Assembly: GCA_963692995.1 (NCBI GenBank)
Contig: OY843611.1
Coordinates: 969,395 to 1,033,394, forward strand
Length of the DNA: 64,000 nt
Direction of reading: 5' to 3'
Source of the DNA: Dehalococcoidia bacterium
GTDB lineage: Bacteria; Chloroflexota; Dehalococcoidia; Lucifugimonadales; UBA3495
Below the pieces are notes generated by a model that saw only the letters and a list, made by a program, of their open reading frames with translations, was not told where the DNA came from and made no database searches. This document shows, in pieces, positions 44,558 to 53,607 of this stretch; positions within the stretch are counted from its first letter, which is position 1; the number at the start of each line of letters is the position of its first letter. The position numbers and the translations under genes were made by a program.

Positions 44558-45730
44558 ATGGCATTACCTGATCGTATGAAATTTGGCATCTTTATGGGCC
44601 CGTTCCACCGCGCCGGCGAAAACCCGACCCTGGCCCTGGAGCGCGACTTGGAGCTGGTGCAGTGGCTGGACTACCTGGGATTTGACGAGGCCTGGATTGG
44701 CGAGCACCACAGCGCGGGTTGGGAGATCATCTCTTCCCCCGAGATTTTTATCGGCGTCGCTGCTGAGCGCACCAAGCACATCAAACTGGGCACCGGCGTA
44801 GTCAGCCTGCCCTACCATCACCCGTTCATGGTCGCCAACTGGATGACCCAGCTGGACCACATGACCCGGGGCCGCGTGATGCTGGGCGTTGGCCCCGGCG
44901 CGCTGCCCGGCGACGCTTACATGATGGGCATCGACCCTGGCAAGCAGCGCATCCGCATGGATGAGGCGCTGGGGGTCATCATGCGCCTGTTCACCGAGAA
45001 GGAACCCATCACCCACAAGAGCGACTGGTTCGAGCTGCAAGAGGCCATGCTCCAACTGCGTCCTTACCAGTCTCCCCATATGCCGGTCTCGGTGGCGTCG
45101 GTGCAGACTCCCTCCGGCGTCTCCCTCGCCGGCAAGCACGGCGCGTCCGTGTTGACCATAACCACGCCGCGCGACCCGAAAATGCCTCAGGGGGCCGAAC
45201 TGAGCGAACTGTGGGACATCTGCGAAGAATCGGCCGCCGAGCACAACCAGGTTGTTGACCGCTTCGAGTGGCGGCTGGTTTTGCCGGTCCACCTGGCTGA
45301 CACCCGCAAAGAAGCCTTCGAGCAGGCCCGCATCGGCGCCGGACGATACCAGCGGGAGTACTTCGAGCATACCATGGGCCGGCCTCAGATAGTGGATGGC
45401 CCACCCGATAAGATTATCGACGTGATGGCCGAGCGTGGCGCGTGGATCATCGGCACCCCCGACGATTGCATCGAGGGCATCAAGCGGCTGGAGGAGCGCA
45501 GCGGCGGCTTCGGCGCCTTCATGGTGCAAACGGTGGACTGGGCCGCCCGCGAGCACATGCTCCACAGCTACGAACTGATGGCCCGCCACGTGATGCCCCA
45601 CTTCCAGGGCAGCGCCCAAGCCACTATCGATGCCAACAAGTGGGCCTACGAGCGCCACGAGACCCTTCAGGCCGGACGCGCCAGGGCTCTGGACCGGGCG
45701 CGGGAGGACTACGCCAACCGGAACCCATAG
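44558..45730 (+). CDS. LLM-class flavin-dependent oxidoreductase (second copy in window)
   Basis: 'MKFGIFMGPFH', 'LGFDEAWIGEHHS', 'IKLGTGVVSLPYHHP'. AAGGAGG upstream. Confidence 0.85.
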   Translation: MALPDRMKFGIFMGPFHRAGENPTLALERDLELVQWLDYLGFDEAWIGEHHSAGWEIISSPEIFIGVAAERTKHIKLGTGVVSLPYHHPFMVANWMTQLDHMTRGRVMLGVGPGALPGDAYMMGIDPGKQRIRMDEALGVIMRLFTEKEPITHKSDWFELQEAMLQLRPYQSPHMPVSVASVQTPSGVSLAGKHGASVLTITTPRDPKMPQGAELSELWDICEESAAEHNQVVDRFEWRLVLPVHLADTRKEAFEQARIGAGRYQREYFEHTMGRPQIVDGPPDKIIDVMAERGAWIIGTPDDCIEGIKRLEERSGGFGAFMVQTVDWAAREHMLHSYELMARHVMPHFQGSAQATIDANKWAYERHETLQAGRARALDRAREDYANRNP

Positions 45731-45759
45731 CCGGGCAAGGGAGCGCCAACGACTTACCA

Positions 45760-45907
45760 GGCCGTGGTTTACAAACCCCGTCATTCCCGCGCCAGCGGGA
45801 ATCCAGGGAGTACCAAATAAAGCCGGTTTTCCGCTGGCCGTGATTTTCCGGGTTCTTGCTTTCGCCGGAACGACGGCGTGGTTGCCAGTTTTAAACCGGC
45901 CCTAGCG
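45760..45907. repeat. MITE-like composite palindromic repeat, copy B
   Basis: Same element as 20079-20272, but with a 4-nt loop (CCAG) in the first hairpin. It lies between the LLM oxidoreductase stop (45730) and the esterase start (45990). Confidence 0.7.
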
Positions 45908-45989
45908 GGTGGGATTCGCTGGCGACGGCGTTAGTTTCCCACATTCAAACATACGCCAGCCAAACACACGCCAGAAACGGAGGCCCACC

Positions 45990-47954
45990 ATGCCACTCCA
46001 TCCGCAAGCGAAAGAGGTTATTGAGGCAACCCGTGCGCTGGGTTTGCCGCCCAACTATACGGTTACGCCGCAGGAAGCTCGCGCCAACGCGGCCCTGCGC
46101 CCCCGCGGCGCCGGCCCCGACGTGGGCAGGGTGAAGAACCGGAGCGTCCCGGGCCCGGCCGGCGACATCCCCGTCCGCATCTACACGCCGGAAGGCGACG
46201 GACCTTTCCCCATCCTGGTCTGGTATCACGGCGGCGGCTGGGTGCTCGGCGACCTGGAATCGGCCGACGGCACCGCGCGGCATCTGTGCGTGGGATCTCG
46301 CAACGTGGTAGTGTCGGTGGATTACCGATTGGCGCCGGAAGCCAAGTTCCCCGAACCATTCGATGACTGCTACTGGGCTACCGTCTGGGCCAGCGATCAC
46401 GCGGAGGAACTGGGAGGCGTGCGCGGTGTTGTGTCGGTGGGCGGCGACAGCGCGGGCGGCAACCTCGCAGCCGCGGTCAGCATCAAGGCGGCGGAAACCG
46501 GCGATTTTCGGGTCAGCCTCCAGTTGCTCGTCTATCCGGTGACGGACGTTGACTTTGACACCGGATCATATATCGATAACGGAACCGGGTATAACCTGGA
46601 ACGCCAGGGCATGATCTGGTTCTGGGACCACTACCTGGCGGATGAGTCCCAAAAGTCCGATCCCCTGGTCGCCCCGATGCGGCTATCCGCCGACTTTGAA
46701 GGCATCGCAGAACTGGCGCCGGCCCTGGTGATAACGGCCGAGTACGATCCGCTGCGCGATGAGGGCGAAGCCTATGGCCGCCGGCTCGGTGATTTTGGAG
46801 CGTCGGCCGAGGTCAACCGCTACGACGGGATGATCCACGGTTTCTTCGGCATGGCCAGCGTCATGGACACCGCGCGGGTCGCCATGGACGACGCCTGCAA
46901 GTTCCTGCGCGGCGCGGTGGACGACATGGTGGAGGAATACCACCGCCAGCACGAAGGCGACGTGGCTGCCATGCGTCAACTGCTTGACCCCCAGGCCGCT
47001 CACGTACTGGAGTTGTTGGAGTCCCTCGACATCAAACCCTTCCAGGACATGAGCGTGGCGGAATGCCGAGAGGTGATGAACGGCCGGCCTCGACCGGAAG
47101 GCCCTGAAGTCGGGAAGGTGGAAGACCGTATTATCCCCAACCGGCACGGCAAAGAACCGGGCGATGTGCCCATCCGCATTTACACGCCGGCCACGTCCGG
47201 CTCCTGGGGAACTCTGGTCTGGTTCCACGGCGGCGGCTGGGTCATCGGCAACGTGGAAACCGCGGACGCCACGGCCCGGGAGTTGTGCGTGGGCGCCAAC
47301 TGCGTGGTGGTGTCGGTCGATTATCGGCTGGCGCCCGAGCACAAATTCCCCACGCCCTTTGAGGATTGTCTGACCGCCACCTTATGGGCCATGGTCAACG
47401 CCGAAGCACTGGGCAGTCAGCCCGAAGCCATCGCCGTGGGCGGCGACAGCGCCGGAGGCAACTTGGCCGCGGCCGTTTCGTTGGCCCAGGACGATATGCC
47501 GCACCCGCTGGCCTTCCAGCTGCTCGTTTACCCCGTCACCGACGCCGAGTACGACACCCGCTCCTACCAAGTGAACGGACAGGGCATGTTCCTCGAAACG
47601 GCCGGCATGCGCTGGTTCTGGGAACACTACCTGCCGCTCGGCGACCTGGCCGGCTACAACATCTTCGCCTCGCCGCTACGGGCCAGGCTATCGGACGACC
47701 TGCCGCCGGCGCTGGTGATAACCGCCGAGTTCGACCCCCTGCGCGACGAAGGCGAAGCCTACGCCGACGCCCTGGAAGACGCCGGCGTTGCCACCACGCT
47801 CATCCGTTACGATGGCGTGATCCACGGCTTCTACGGATTGCCCCACGTCATCGACAAAGGAAGGCAGGCGCTGGCGGCCTCCTGCGACAGCCTGCAAGAA
47901 GCCTTCGGCGCGGCGCTGGCGCAACCGGAACCGGCGGTCGCCGCAGACAACTGA
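45990..47954 (+). CDS. Tandem-duplicated HSL-family (Abhydrolase_3) esterase/lipase, two complete catalytic domains in one polypeptide
   Basis: Each half has 'HGGGW' (oxyanion), 'GDSAGGNLAA' (nucleophile), 'DPLRDEG' (acid) and 'HGF' (His). ATG 45990 with GGAGG upstream. The track ORF starts at 45909, inside a repeat element. Confidence 0.85.
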   Translation: MPLHPQAKEVIEATRALGLPPNYTVTPQEARANAALRPRGAGPDVGRVKNRSVPGPAGDIPVRIYTPEGDGPFPILVWYHGGGWVLGDLESADGTARHLCVGSRNVVVSVDYRLAPEAKFPEPFDDCYWATVWASDHAEELGGVRGVVSVGGDSAGGNLAAAVSIKAAETGDFRVSLQLLVYPVTDVDFDTGSYIDNGTGYNLERQGMIWFWDHYLADESQKSDPLVAPMRLSADFEGIAELAPALVITAEYDPLRDEGEAYGRRLGDFGASAEVNRYDGMIHGFFGMASVMDTARVAMDDACKFLRGAVDDMVEEYHRQHEGDVAAMRQLLDPQAAHVLELLESLDIKPFQDMSVAECREVMNGRPRPEGPEVGKVEDRIIPNRHGKEPGDVPIRIYTPATSGSWGTLVWFHGGGWVIGNVETADATARELCVGANCVVVSVDYRLAPEHKFPTPFEDCLTATLWAMVNAEALGSQPEAIAVGGDSAGGNLAAAVSLAQDDMPHPLAFQLLVYPVTDAEYDTRSYQVNGQGMFLETAGMRWFWEHYLPLGDLAGYNIFASPLRARLSDDLPPALVITAEFDPLRDEGEAYADALEDAGVATTLIRYDGVIHGFYGLPHVIDKGRQALAASCDSLQEAFGAALAQPEPAVAADN

Positions 47955-47981
47955 CGCGGCGCGATACCAGGCCGCGCACTG

Positions 47982-48001
47982 GGGCGGGTAACTACCCGCC
48001 C
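47982..48001 (+). terminator. Stem-loop after the double-esterase gene (possible terminator)
   Basis: 'GGGCGGGT aact ACCCGCCC' followed by the A/T-rich 'ATTATAA'. Confidence 0.4.
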
Positions 48002-48076
48002 ATTATAACCTGCGTATGCCGCTGTGCTATGATGGCGTTGCATCACGCCACGATAAACCGCCGCGCCGCGAGGCCC

Positions 48077-48814
48077 ATGATGACCACCCCCGCCCGAATT
48101 GGCCAGCTGCCCCCGCCAAATGGGTCCGGCATCCGCCTCACCGAGCTGCCCGACCCGCCCCAAATTTCCGACATGGCTACGCAGATGCCCGATATTGCGC
48201 GGTCCCATGAAACATTGCGCGCCCATTATCGTACACGGCCCGATGTGGCTGTAATGGGCAACGGCTATCTGTGCCAGGATGCCGGCGACGTTAGGCGGGC
48301 GCCCTATCCGGACTTGATAGTAGCCTTCGCTATGCTGATACCGCCGGCGGAAGTAGTTGCTTCCAATGGCTATAACATCAGCGAGATCGGCAAACCGCCG
48401 GATTTCGTCCTGGAAGTAGCCTCAGCGTCAACCGGACGGCGGGATTACACGGTGAAGCGCGCGAGCTATGCTGGCTACGGCGTTGCGGAATACTGGCGAT
48501 TTGACCGCACCGGCGGGCAGTTTCACGACAGGGCGCTGGCCGGCGACCGGCTGCGGCCCAACGGAGAGTACGAACCAATCCTTGTAACGACACTGCCCGA
48601 CGGCGTGATTCGGGGATACAGCCCAGTGTTGGGCTTGGAACTGCGCTGGGTTGCGGAGCAACTGCGTTTTTGGAACCCGACAACCGGGGAATACCTGCCG
48701 GATTTGACCGAGGCCACAGCACAGCGCGATGCCGTTGTTGCTGAACGCGATGCTGCCCAGGAACGCATTCGCCAATTGGAAGCGGAATTGCGTCGCTGGC
48801 GAGAGGGAGGGTAG
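48077..48814 (+). CDS. Uma2-family (DUF820) endonuclease with a C-terminal coiled-coil tail
   Basis: 'PDLIVAF........GKPPDFVLEVASAST...D...K...YAGYGVAEYWRFD' is a PD-(D/E)xK-like core. The tail is 'ATAQRDAVVAERDAAQERIRQLEAELRRW'. The start is uncertain (ATG 48077 or 48032). The upstream 237 track codons are an out-of-frame overlap with the esterase gene. Confidence 0.75.
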   Translation: MMTTPARIGQLPPPNGSGIRLTELPDPPQISDMATQMPDIARSHETLRAHYRTRPDVAVMGNGYLCQDAGDVRRAPYPDLIVAFAMLIPPAEVVASNGYNISEIGKPPDFVLEVASASTGRRDYTVKRASYAGYGVAEYWRFDRTGGQFHDRALAGDRLRPNGEYEPILVTTLPDGVIRGYSPVLGLELRWVAEQLRFWNPTTGEYLPDLTEATAQRDAVVAERDAAQERIRQLEAELRRWREGG

Positions 48815-48934
48815 GCAACCAAAGGCACACTGTGCAATACGGCAGCAAAGGAACTAAACCATCCGACCCGTTACAATCCTTCAAACGGAACCTTCTGCCA
48901 CCCGCACTCGACTCTATCGTAAGGAGCGCACATC

Positions 48935-50275
48935 ATGGCCGAAACTATCCAGGAACAGTACATCCGCATGAACCCCCGCTCGCGGGAACTGCAACCCGGC
49001 TACCAGGCCCTTTTCCCCTCCGGCAGCCCCGGCCACGACGGCTACACCTCCGATCCGTTCCCGCTGGTCATCGCCCGGGGCAGCGGCCCGCGCAAGTGGG
49101 ACATCGACGGCAACGAGTATGTTGACTACGGCATGGGATCCGCATCACTGCTGCTGGGGCACGCGCATCCCGAGGTTGTCGCCGCGCTGTCGGCGGTGCT
49201 GGCGGATGGCTCCCACTTTGGCGCGCCCACCGAGTCCATGCTGGAATGGGGTGAGCGGGTTTGCGCCCTCATGCCCTGCGCCGACAAGGTGCGCTTCGTC
49301 GGGTCCGGCGCCGAGGCCACTATGCTGGCCATGCGCGTCGCCCGCGCCTACACCGGCAAGGAAAAAATCATCCGCTGGGAATCCCACTACCACGGCTGGC
49401 ACGACTACGTAATGCCCGGCAACCTGCCTCCCTTCGACGTGCCAGCGTCCACCGGCATCCCCCAGGGAACCATTGACTCAATCATCGTGCTGCCCACGGA
49501 TCTCACCGCGCTGGAGAACGCCCTGAACAGCGACGACAACATCGCCGGCGTCATCACCGAGGCATCCGGCGCGTCCTACGGCACGGTGCCCCTGCCCGAG
49601 GGGTTCCTGGACGGCGTACGCCGTTTGACCCGCGAACACGGCGTCGTGATGATTCTGGACGAAGTTATCACCGGGTTCCGCTGGGCGCCCGGCGGCGCGC
49701 AGCAGCGCCTGGGCGTTGACCCCGACCTCTGCACCATGGCCAAGATCCTCACCGGCGGCCTGCCCGGCGGCGCCGTCGCCGGCCGCGATGAAGTCATGGC
49801 GGTGATGCACCAGACCGGCGACAGCCACCACGACCGCTACCAGCGGGTGCTCCACGGCGGAACCTTCAACGCCAACCCCTATGCCGCCGCAGCCGGCAAT
49901 GCGGCCCTGCGATTGGTCGCCACCGGCGAGTTGAACGACCAGGCCGACCTGATGGCCGAACGCTTGCGCGTGGGCTTGCGCGAAGTGGTGGAACGCCGAG
50001 AAGTCAACGCCACTGTGTACGGCGAAGCGTCCACCTTCCACCTCTACTTCGGCGCCCGCAGCATTGACGGGCTGGACGCCTCCCGGCTGAAAGACCAGCC
50101 GGCCGCCATCCAGCGCAGCCTGCGCCAGGCCCTGCAAGTGCGCGGCGTTGACCTCATGTCCCGCACTAGCGGCGTCCTGTCCGGCACGCATACCGAAGCC
50201 GATATAGACTTTACCATTGAAGCCTTTGACGGCGCCATCGCGGCCATGATGGAAGAAGGGCTGGTGCAGCACTGA
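48935..50275 (+). CDS. Class-III (GSA-aminomutase-like) pyridoxal-phosphate aminotransferase
   Basis: 'GHAHPEVVAAL', 'VRFVGSGAEATMLAMRVARAYTG', 'ILDEVITGFRW', 'TMAKILTGG'. Confidence 0.87.
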   Translation: MAETIQEQYIRMNPRSRELQPGYQALFPSGSPGHDGYTSDPFPLVIARGSGPRKWDIDGNEYVDYGMGSASLLLGHAHPEVVAALSAVLADGSHFGAPTESMLEWGERVCALMPCADKVRFVGSGAEATMLAMRVARAYTGKEKIIRWESHYHGWHDYVMPGNLPPFDVPASTGIPQGTIDSIIVLPTDLTALENALNSDDNIAGVITEASGASYGTVPLPEGFLDGVRRLTREHGVVMILDEVITGFRWAPGGAQQRLGVDPDLCTMAKILTGGLPGGAVAGRDEVMAVMHQTGDSHHDRYQRVLHGGTFNANPYAAAAGNAALRLVATGELNDQADLMAERLRVGLREVVERREVNATVYGEASTFHLYFGARSIDGLDASRLKDQPAAIQRSLRQALQVRGVDLMSRTSGVLSGTHTEADIDFTIEAFDGAIAAMMEEGLVQH

Positions 50276-50313
50276 CCGCCGGCTGCGCAGCCGGGCGCGG
50301 GAACCACAACCGC

Positions 50314-50343
50314 AAAGCCCCCGCCACCGTCGGCGGGGGCTTT
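50314..50343. terminator. Bidirectional intrinsic terminator between convergent aminotransferase and MOSC genes
   Basis: Perfect 12-bp stem 'AAAGCCCCCGCC accgtc GGCGGGGGCTTT'. The A-tract and T-tract give a U-run on both strands. Confidence 0.7.
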
Positions 50344-50361
50344 GCTACTTGCGCTGGTCAA

Positions 50362-51126
50362 TCATAGTATTTCTACCGCATCGCCCACCCGCACGGCGCC
50401 GGGCCGTTCCACGATGCCGTACACGCCGAAGTAGGCGGCGAGCGCGTTGGGGCGGTAGCCCAGGATGGACTTGATGGCATCGGCATCGGTTTCGCCGGTT
50501 ACGGGGTCTTGGTCGATGATGGCGCAGCGCGGGTCGGGAGCGAGGATGCGGATTACGGCGTCGCCGGCGGTGATTTGACGGTTCATCCATCCGTCCTCCT
50601 GGTGTGGCTCGCAGCCGTCCAGCAAGAGGGTGGGACGAAACCGGTCCGTAGCGAGGCATTCGTCGTCAGACATGCCCATCTCGGATGACAACCGCGCCAC
50701 GGACGCGCGGGATAGTACCGATACGGGGAACTCATCAAACACCTGGCCAGGCAAGTCAGACATCATCAGGATGGCCGGCTGCCCGCAGAACTCGCCGATG
50801 GCCCGCATCCAATCTCCCAGCAACGGACGCGCTCGAACCCGCCGCCCCCAGATGATCGTCCACACCGGGTTGTCCAGCTCGGGCTGACCCTCCAATACGG
50901 CGCCGTCCGGAAAGGCAATCCGCAACCGTTCCGCGTCGGCATCCCAGGACGCAACCAGCTGCGCCAGCTGGCCCACTTGCCGTCGGGTCAGCAGCCGGCC
51001 CTGGCCGTTCACCAGGTAAAACCGCCGGTCATCGCGAATGCCGCCCAGCTCCAGGTTGACCGCATCCGGCGACACCAAGGCCATGGACTTGACCGGGGCG
51101 ATATTGATTTCAGCAACGGTAATCAC
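50362..51126 (-). CDS. MOSC domain protein (MOSC_N beta-barrel + MOSC)
   Basis: 'ITVAEINIAPVKSMALVS', 'GIRDDRRFYLVN', 'DRFRPTLLLDG..PHQED.W', 'RCAIIDQDPVTGE'. Confidence 0.8.
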   Translation of the reverse strand: MITVAEINIAPVKSMALVSPDAVNLELGGIRDDRRFYLVNGQGRLLTRRQVGQLAQLVASWDADAERLRIAFPDGAVLEGQPELDNPVWTIIWGRRVRARPLLGDWMRAIGEFCGQPAILMMSDLPGQVFDEFPVSVLSRASVARLSSEMGMSDDECLATDRFRPTLLLDGCEPHQEDGWMNRQITAGDAVIRILAPDPRCAIIDQDPVTGETDADAIKSILGYRPNALAAYFGVYGIVERPGAVRVGDAVEIL

Positions 51127-51131
51127 GTCGG

Positions 51132-52586
51132 TTACTCCCAGGTCAGAAATTCCTGCACCATGCTTCGGGCGGCGCTGCGGTCGTAAATCTGGTAGAGCAG
51201 CGCCGCGTTGCGGGCCGCGTCGCCGCCGAAGTAGCGTTCATAAAGCGTCTGCCGGCCGCCGAAGGCGCTGCACGATACGTCCCAGGCCAGCCGGAACAGG
51301 CGGATGCGTTCCGCAGCGGTGGCCGTGTCGGTGTCCAGGTAGCGGTGGATGTCCTCGGCCAGCGGGCCGTTGAGGTCAGCCTCGGCGGGCAGGGCCATCA
51401 AGCTGCTGGAACCCAGCAGATGCAGGATTTCCGCCATGCGCGGATACATGGTTATCATCTGCTTGCGGGCCACCAGCAAGGGCCGATAATCGGGGCAGCA
51501 GATGCCCCATTCGTCAACGGACGCTTGCGCCTCCGACGCCGCCAGCAGCGCTTTGGTAATTTCCAGATTCTCAATCAGCTCGGCGATTAGGCCCGGCGTC
51601 TGGGGCAGGTCTCCTGAACCCAGGGTATCCACCATCAGCGTCGCCAGGCCCAGCATAAACTCGCACTTGACCACGTTTTTGGTGACCACCTGGTGGCCGG
51701 TGTGGGCATTGCGGTTGGTGCGCTCGCCCCACTGGTTGCACCGGGCCACGTCGTTGTACAGGAACACCCGCTCCCAGGGCACCGGCACGTCGTCAAAAAA
51801 GACGATGGCGTCCATCTCCTCAAAACGGCTGCCGGCGGGATGGTCAAAATGGGAGCGGCCCAGGTCAACGGTGTCGCGGCACTGGAACTTGAGCCCGTCG
51901 GAGTTGCAGGGTATGGCGAAGCCGAAAGCGTACTTTCCCGCATCGCCGGCCGGCACGCGGCGGGTGCGGGCGGGATAGACGGCGATTTCGTCGGACAGCG
52001 GCCCCAGGGTCGCCAGCACCCGGGCGCCGCGCACGACGATGCCGGCGTCGGTTTCCTTAACCACCGACAAAGCCACCTCGGTGCGGTCATCAAAAGGAGT
52101 CTGACCCACCGAACGGCTTCGTTGCAGGTTCACCAGCGTGTGCGTCATCACGATGTCGTTTTCGCGGATGTATTCGTAGTAGTTGCGAATGTTGTCGGCG
52201 AATTCCGGCCGGTTTTCTCCGCAGTAGTCCGCGGCGGCGGCCATGGACATTACGGCCACGTTGAGAAAATCGGGGGTGCGTCCCATCATCCCGCAGGACG
52301 CCAGCGCCCAGTTGGTCATCATCCGGCGTCGCCGTGTCAGGTCGTCGGCATTGCGGGGCATAATGAACGAGAGTCCCACCGGGTCGCCGGTGGTGGGCGA
52401 TTCATACACCATCTCGTCGCGCTTGGCCGGGTCGTGCTGGAGATCCAGCAGGCCGGCCACCGTCCGCAGGCCGCCGGAGAAGGCCGGGTGCGTGGTTACA
52501 TCCTTAATTCGCTGCCCGCCAATGTAAATCTCGGCGGCCCGCTCCCGCAGGCCGGCGATGTATTCGGCTCCCGTGCGCGCTGGCAT
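51132..52586 (-). CDS. HpaB-family (4-hydroxyphenylacetate 3-monooxygenase oxygenase component / 4-hydroxybutyryl-CoA-dehydratase fold) protein
   Basis: 'MPARTGAEYIAGLRERAAEIYIGGQRIKDVTTHPAF'. Strong RBS AGGGAGGA ahead of ATG 52586. It ends 5 nt before the MOSC gene. Confidence 0.82.
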   Translation of the reverse strand: MPARTGAEYIAGLRERAAEIYIGGQRIKDVTTHPAFSGGLRTVAGLLDLQHDPAKRDEMVYESPTTGDPVGLSFIMPRNADDLTRRRRMMTNWALASCGMMGRTPDFLNVAVMSMAAAADYCGENRPEFADNIRNYYEYIRENDIVMTHTLVNLQRSRSVGQTPFDDRTEVALSVVKETDAGIVVRGARVLATLGPLSDEIAVYPARTRRVPAGDAGKYAFGFAIPCNSDGLKFQCRDTVDLGRSHFDHPAGSRFEEMDAIVFFDDVPVPWERVFLYNDVARCNQWGERTNRNAHTGHQVVTKNVVKCEFMLGLATLMVDTLGSGDLPQTPGLIAELIENLEITKALLAASEAQASVDEWGICCPDYRPLLVARKQMITMYPRMAEILHLLGSSSLMALPAEADLNGPLAEDIHRYLDTDTATAAERIRLFRLAWDVSCSAFGGRQTLYERYFGGDAARNAALLYQIYDRSAARSMVQEFLTWE

Positions 52587-52780
52587 AAGGTTTCCTCCCT
52601 GGCCTTGCTTCTCGTCACTCGGACCCTGCTTCGTCATTCCGGCGACGGAGCCTTATCCCCGGCGTTCCGGTCATAATCCCGGTTCCTCCGGTTGGTATCG
52701 CGCGACGGGCGCGGGAGGTGGATTGCCGCCGCGGCAAGGGTATGCTATACCGGCGAAAACCGCAATCCGGGAGGCTGGCG

Positions 52781-53593
52781 ATGCCCACCATTCAGCGCGA
52801 TGACGCTCAACTGCATTACTATCTGGACGATTTCACCGACCCTTGGCGCGCCGCGCCCGACACTGTTGTGCTCCAGCACGGCTTCTCCCGCAACGGACAG
52901 TTCTGGTACAACTGGCCGCCGCTGCTCAGCCGGGAGTACCGCGTCATCCGCCCGGATCTGCGCGGCATGGGCCGGTCAACCATTGACCCGGCCCGCTACC
53001 AACCCACGCTGGATACGCTGCTGGCCGACTTGCTGGCGATCCTGGACGATGCCGGCGCGCAGCAGGTGGTGTACGTGGGCGAGTCCTTTGGCGGCATCAT
53101 GGGAATGCAGTTCGCCCATGACTACCCGGAGCGATGTCGCGCGCTGGCGCTGTGCAACTCGCCGTGCCGACTGACCCGACGGGAGAACGCGACGCCCGGC
53201 GGCAGCTGGCTGGCCACCATGGAGCAGGGAGGCATCGGCGCGTGGAGCGCGGCCACCATCAACTTCCGCCTTGATCTGCGCCACGCCGCCGAGGGTCTGA
53301 AGGACTGGTACATCGCCGAGATGGACCGGACGCCAGCCGCAATCGGCCAGGCGTTGCATAGCTACCTGGACAGCCTGGATTTCGGCCCCCGCCTGAAGGA
53401 TATTTCGGTGCCTACGCTGCTGCTCACCGGAGACGAATCGATGACCACCAGCATAGAGCAGCAGGAGTTCATGGCTTCAGAGATACCGAACAGCCGCCTC
53501 GATATATGGCCGGGTTTGGGACACGGGGTGAATGTCATCTATCCCGAATGGTGCGTAGAACGGATGCGGCTTTTCCTGGGAGAGCGGGGATGA
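52781..53593 (+). CDS. Alpha/beta hydrolase fold protein
   Basis: 'VVLQHGFSRNGQFW', 'RPDLRGMGRS', nucleophile elbow 'GESFGG', 'PGLGHGVN'. GGGAGG upstream of ATG 52781. Confidence 0.85.
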   Translation: MPTIQRDDAQLHYYLDDFTDPWRAAPDTVVLQHGFSRNGQFWYNWPPLLSREYRVIRPDLRGMGRSTIDPARYQPTLDTLLADLLAILDDAGAQQVVYVGESFGGIMGMQFAHDYPERCRALALCNSPCRLTRRENATPGGSWLATMEQGGIGAWSAATINFRLDLRHAAEGLKDWYIAEMDRTPAAIGQALHSYLDSLDFGPRLKDISVPTLLLTGDESMTTSIEQQEFMASEIPNSRLDIWPGLGHGVNVIYPEWCVERMRLFLGERG

Positions 53594-53607
53594 CCGGCGA
53601 TTAGACC

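Noticed and set aside
44564-45784. 406-aa minus-strand ORF
   Set aside because: Antisense to the LLM oxidoreductase gene (44558-45730). Its 5' end also runs into the MITE-like repeat.
47366-48076. N-terminal 237 codons of the 482-aa track ORF 47366-48814
   Set aside because: This stretch is an Arg/Pro/Gly-rich out-of-frame overlap with the 3' half of the double-esterase gene. Recognisable Uma2 sequence only begins after the esterase stop, so I start the gene at 48077.
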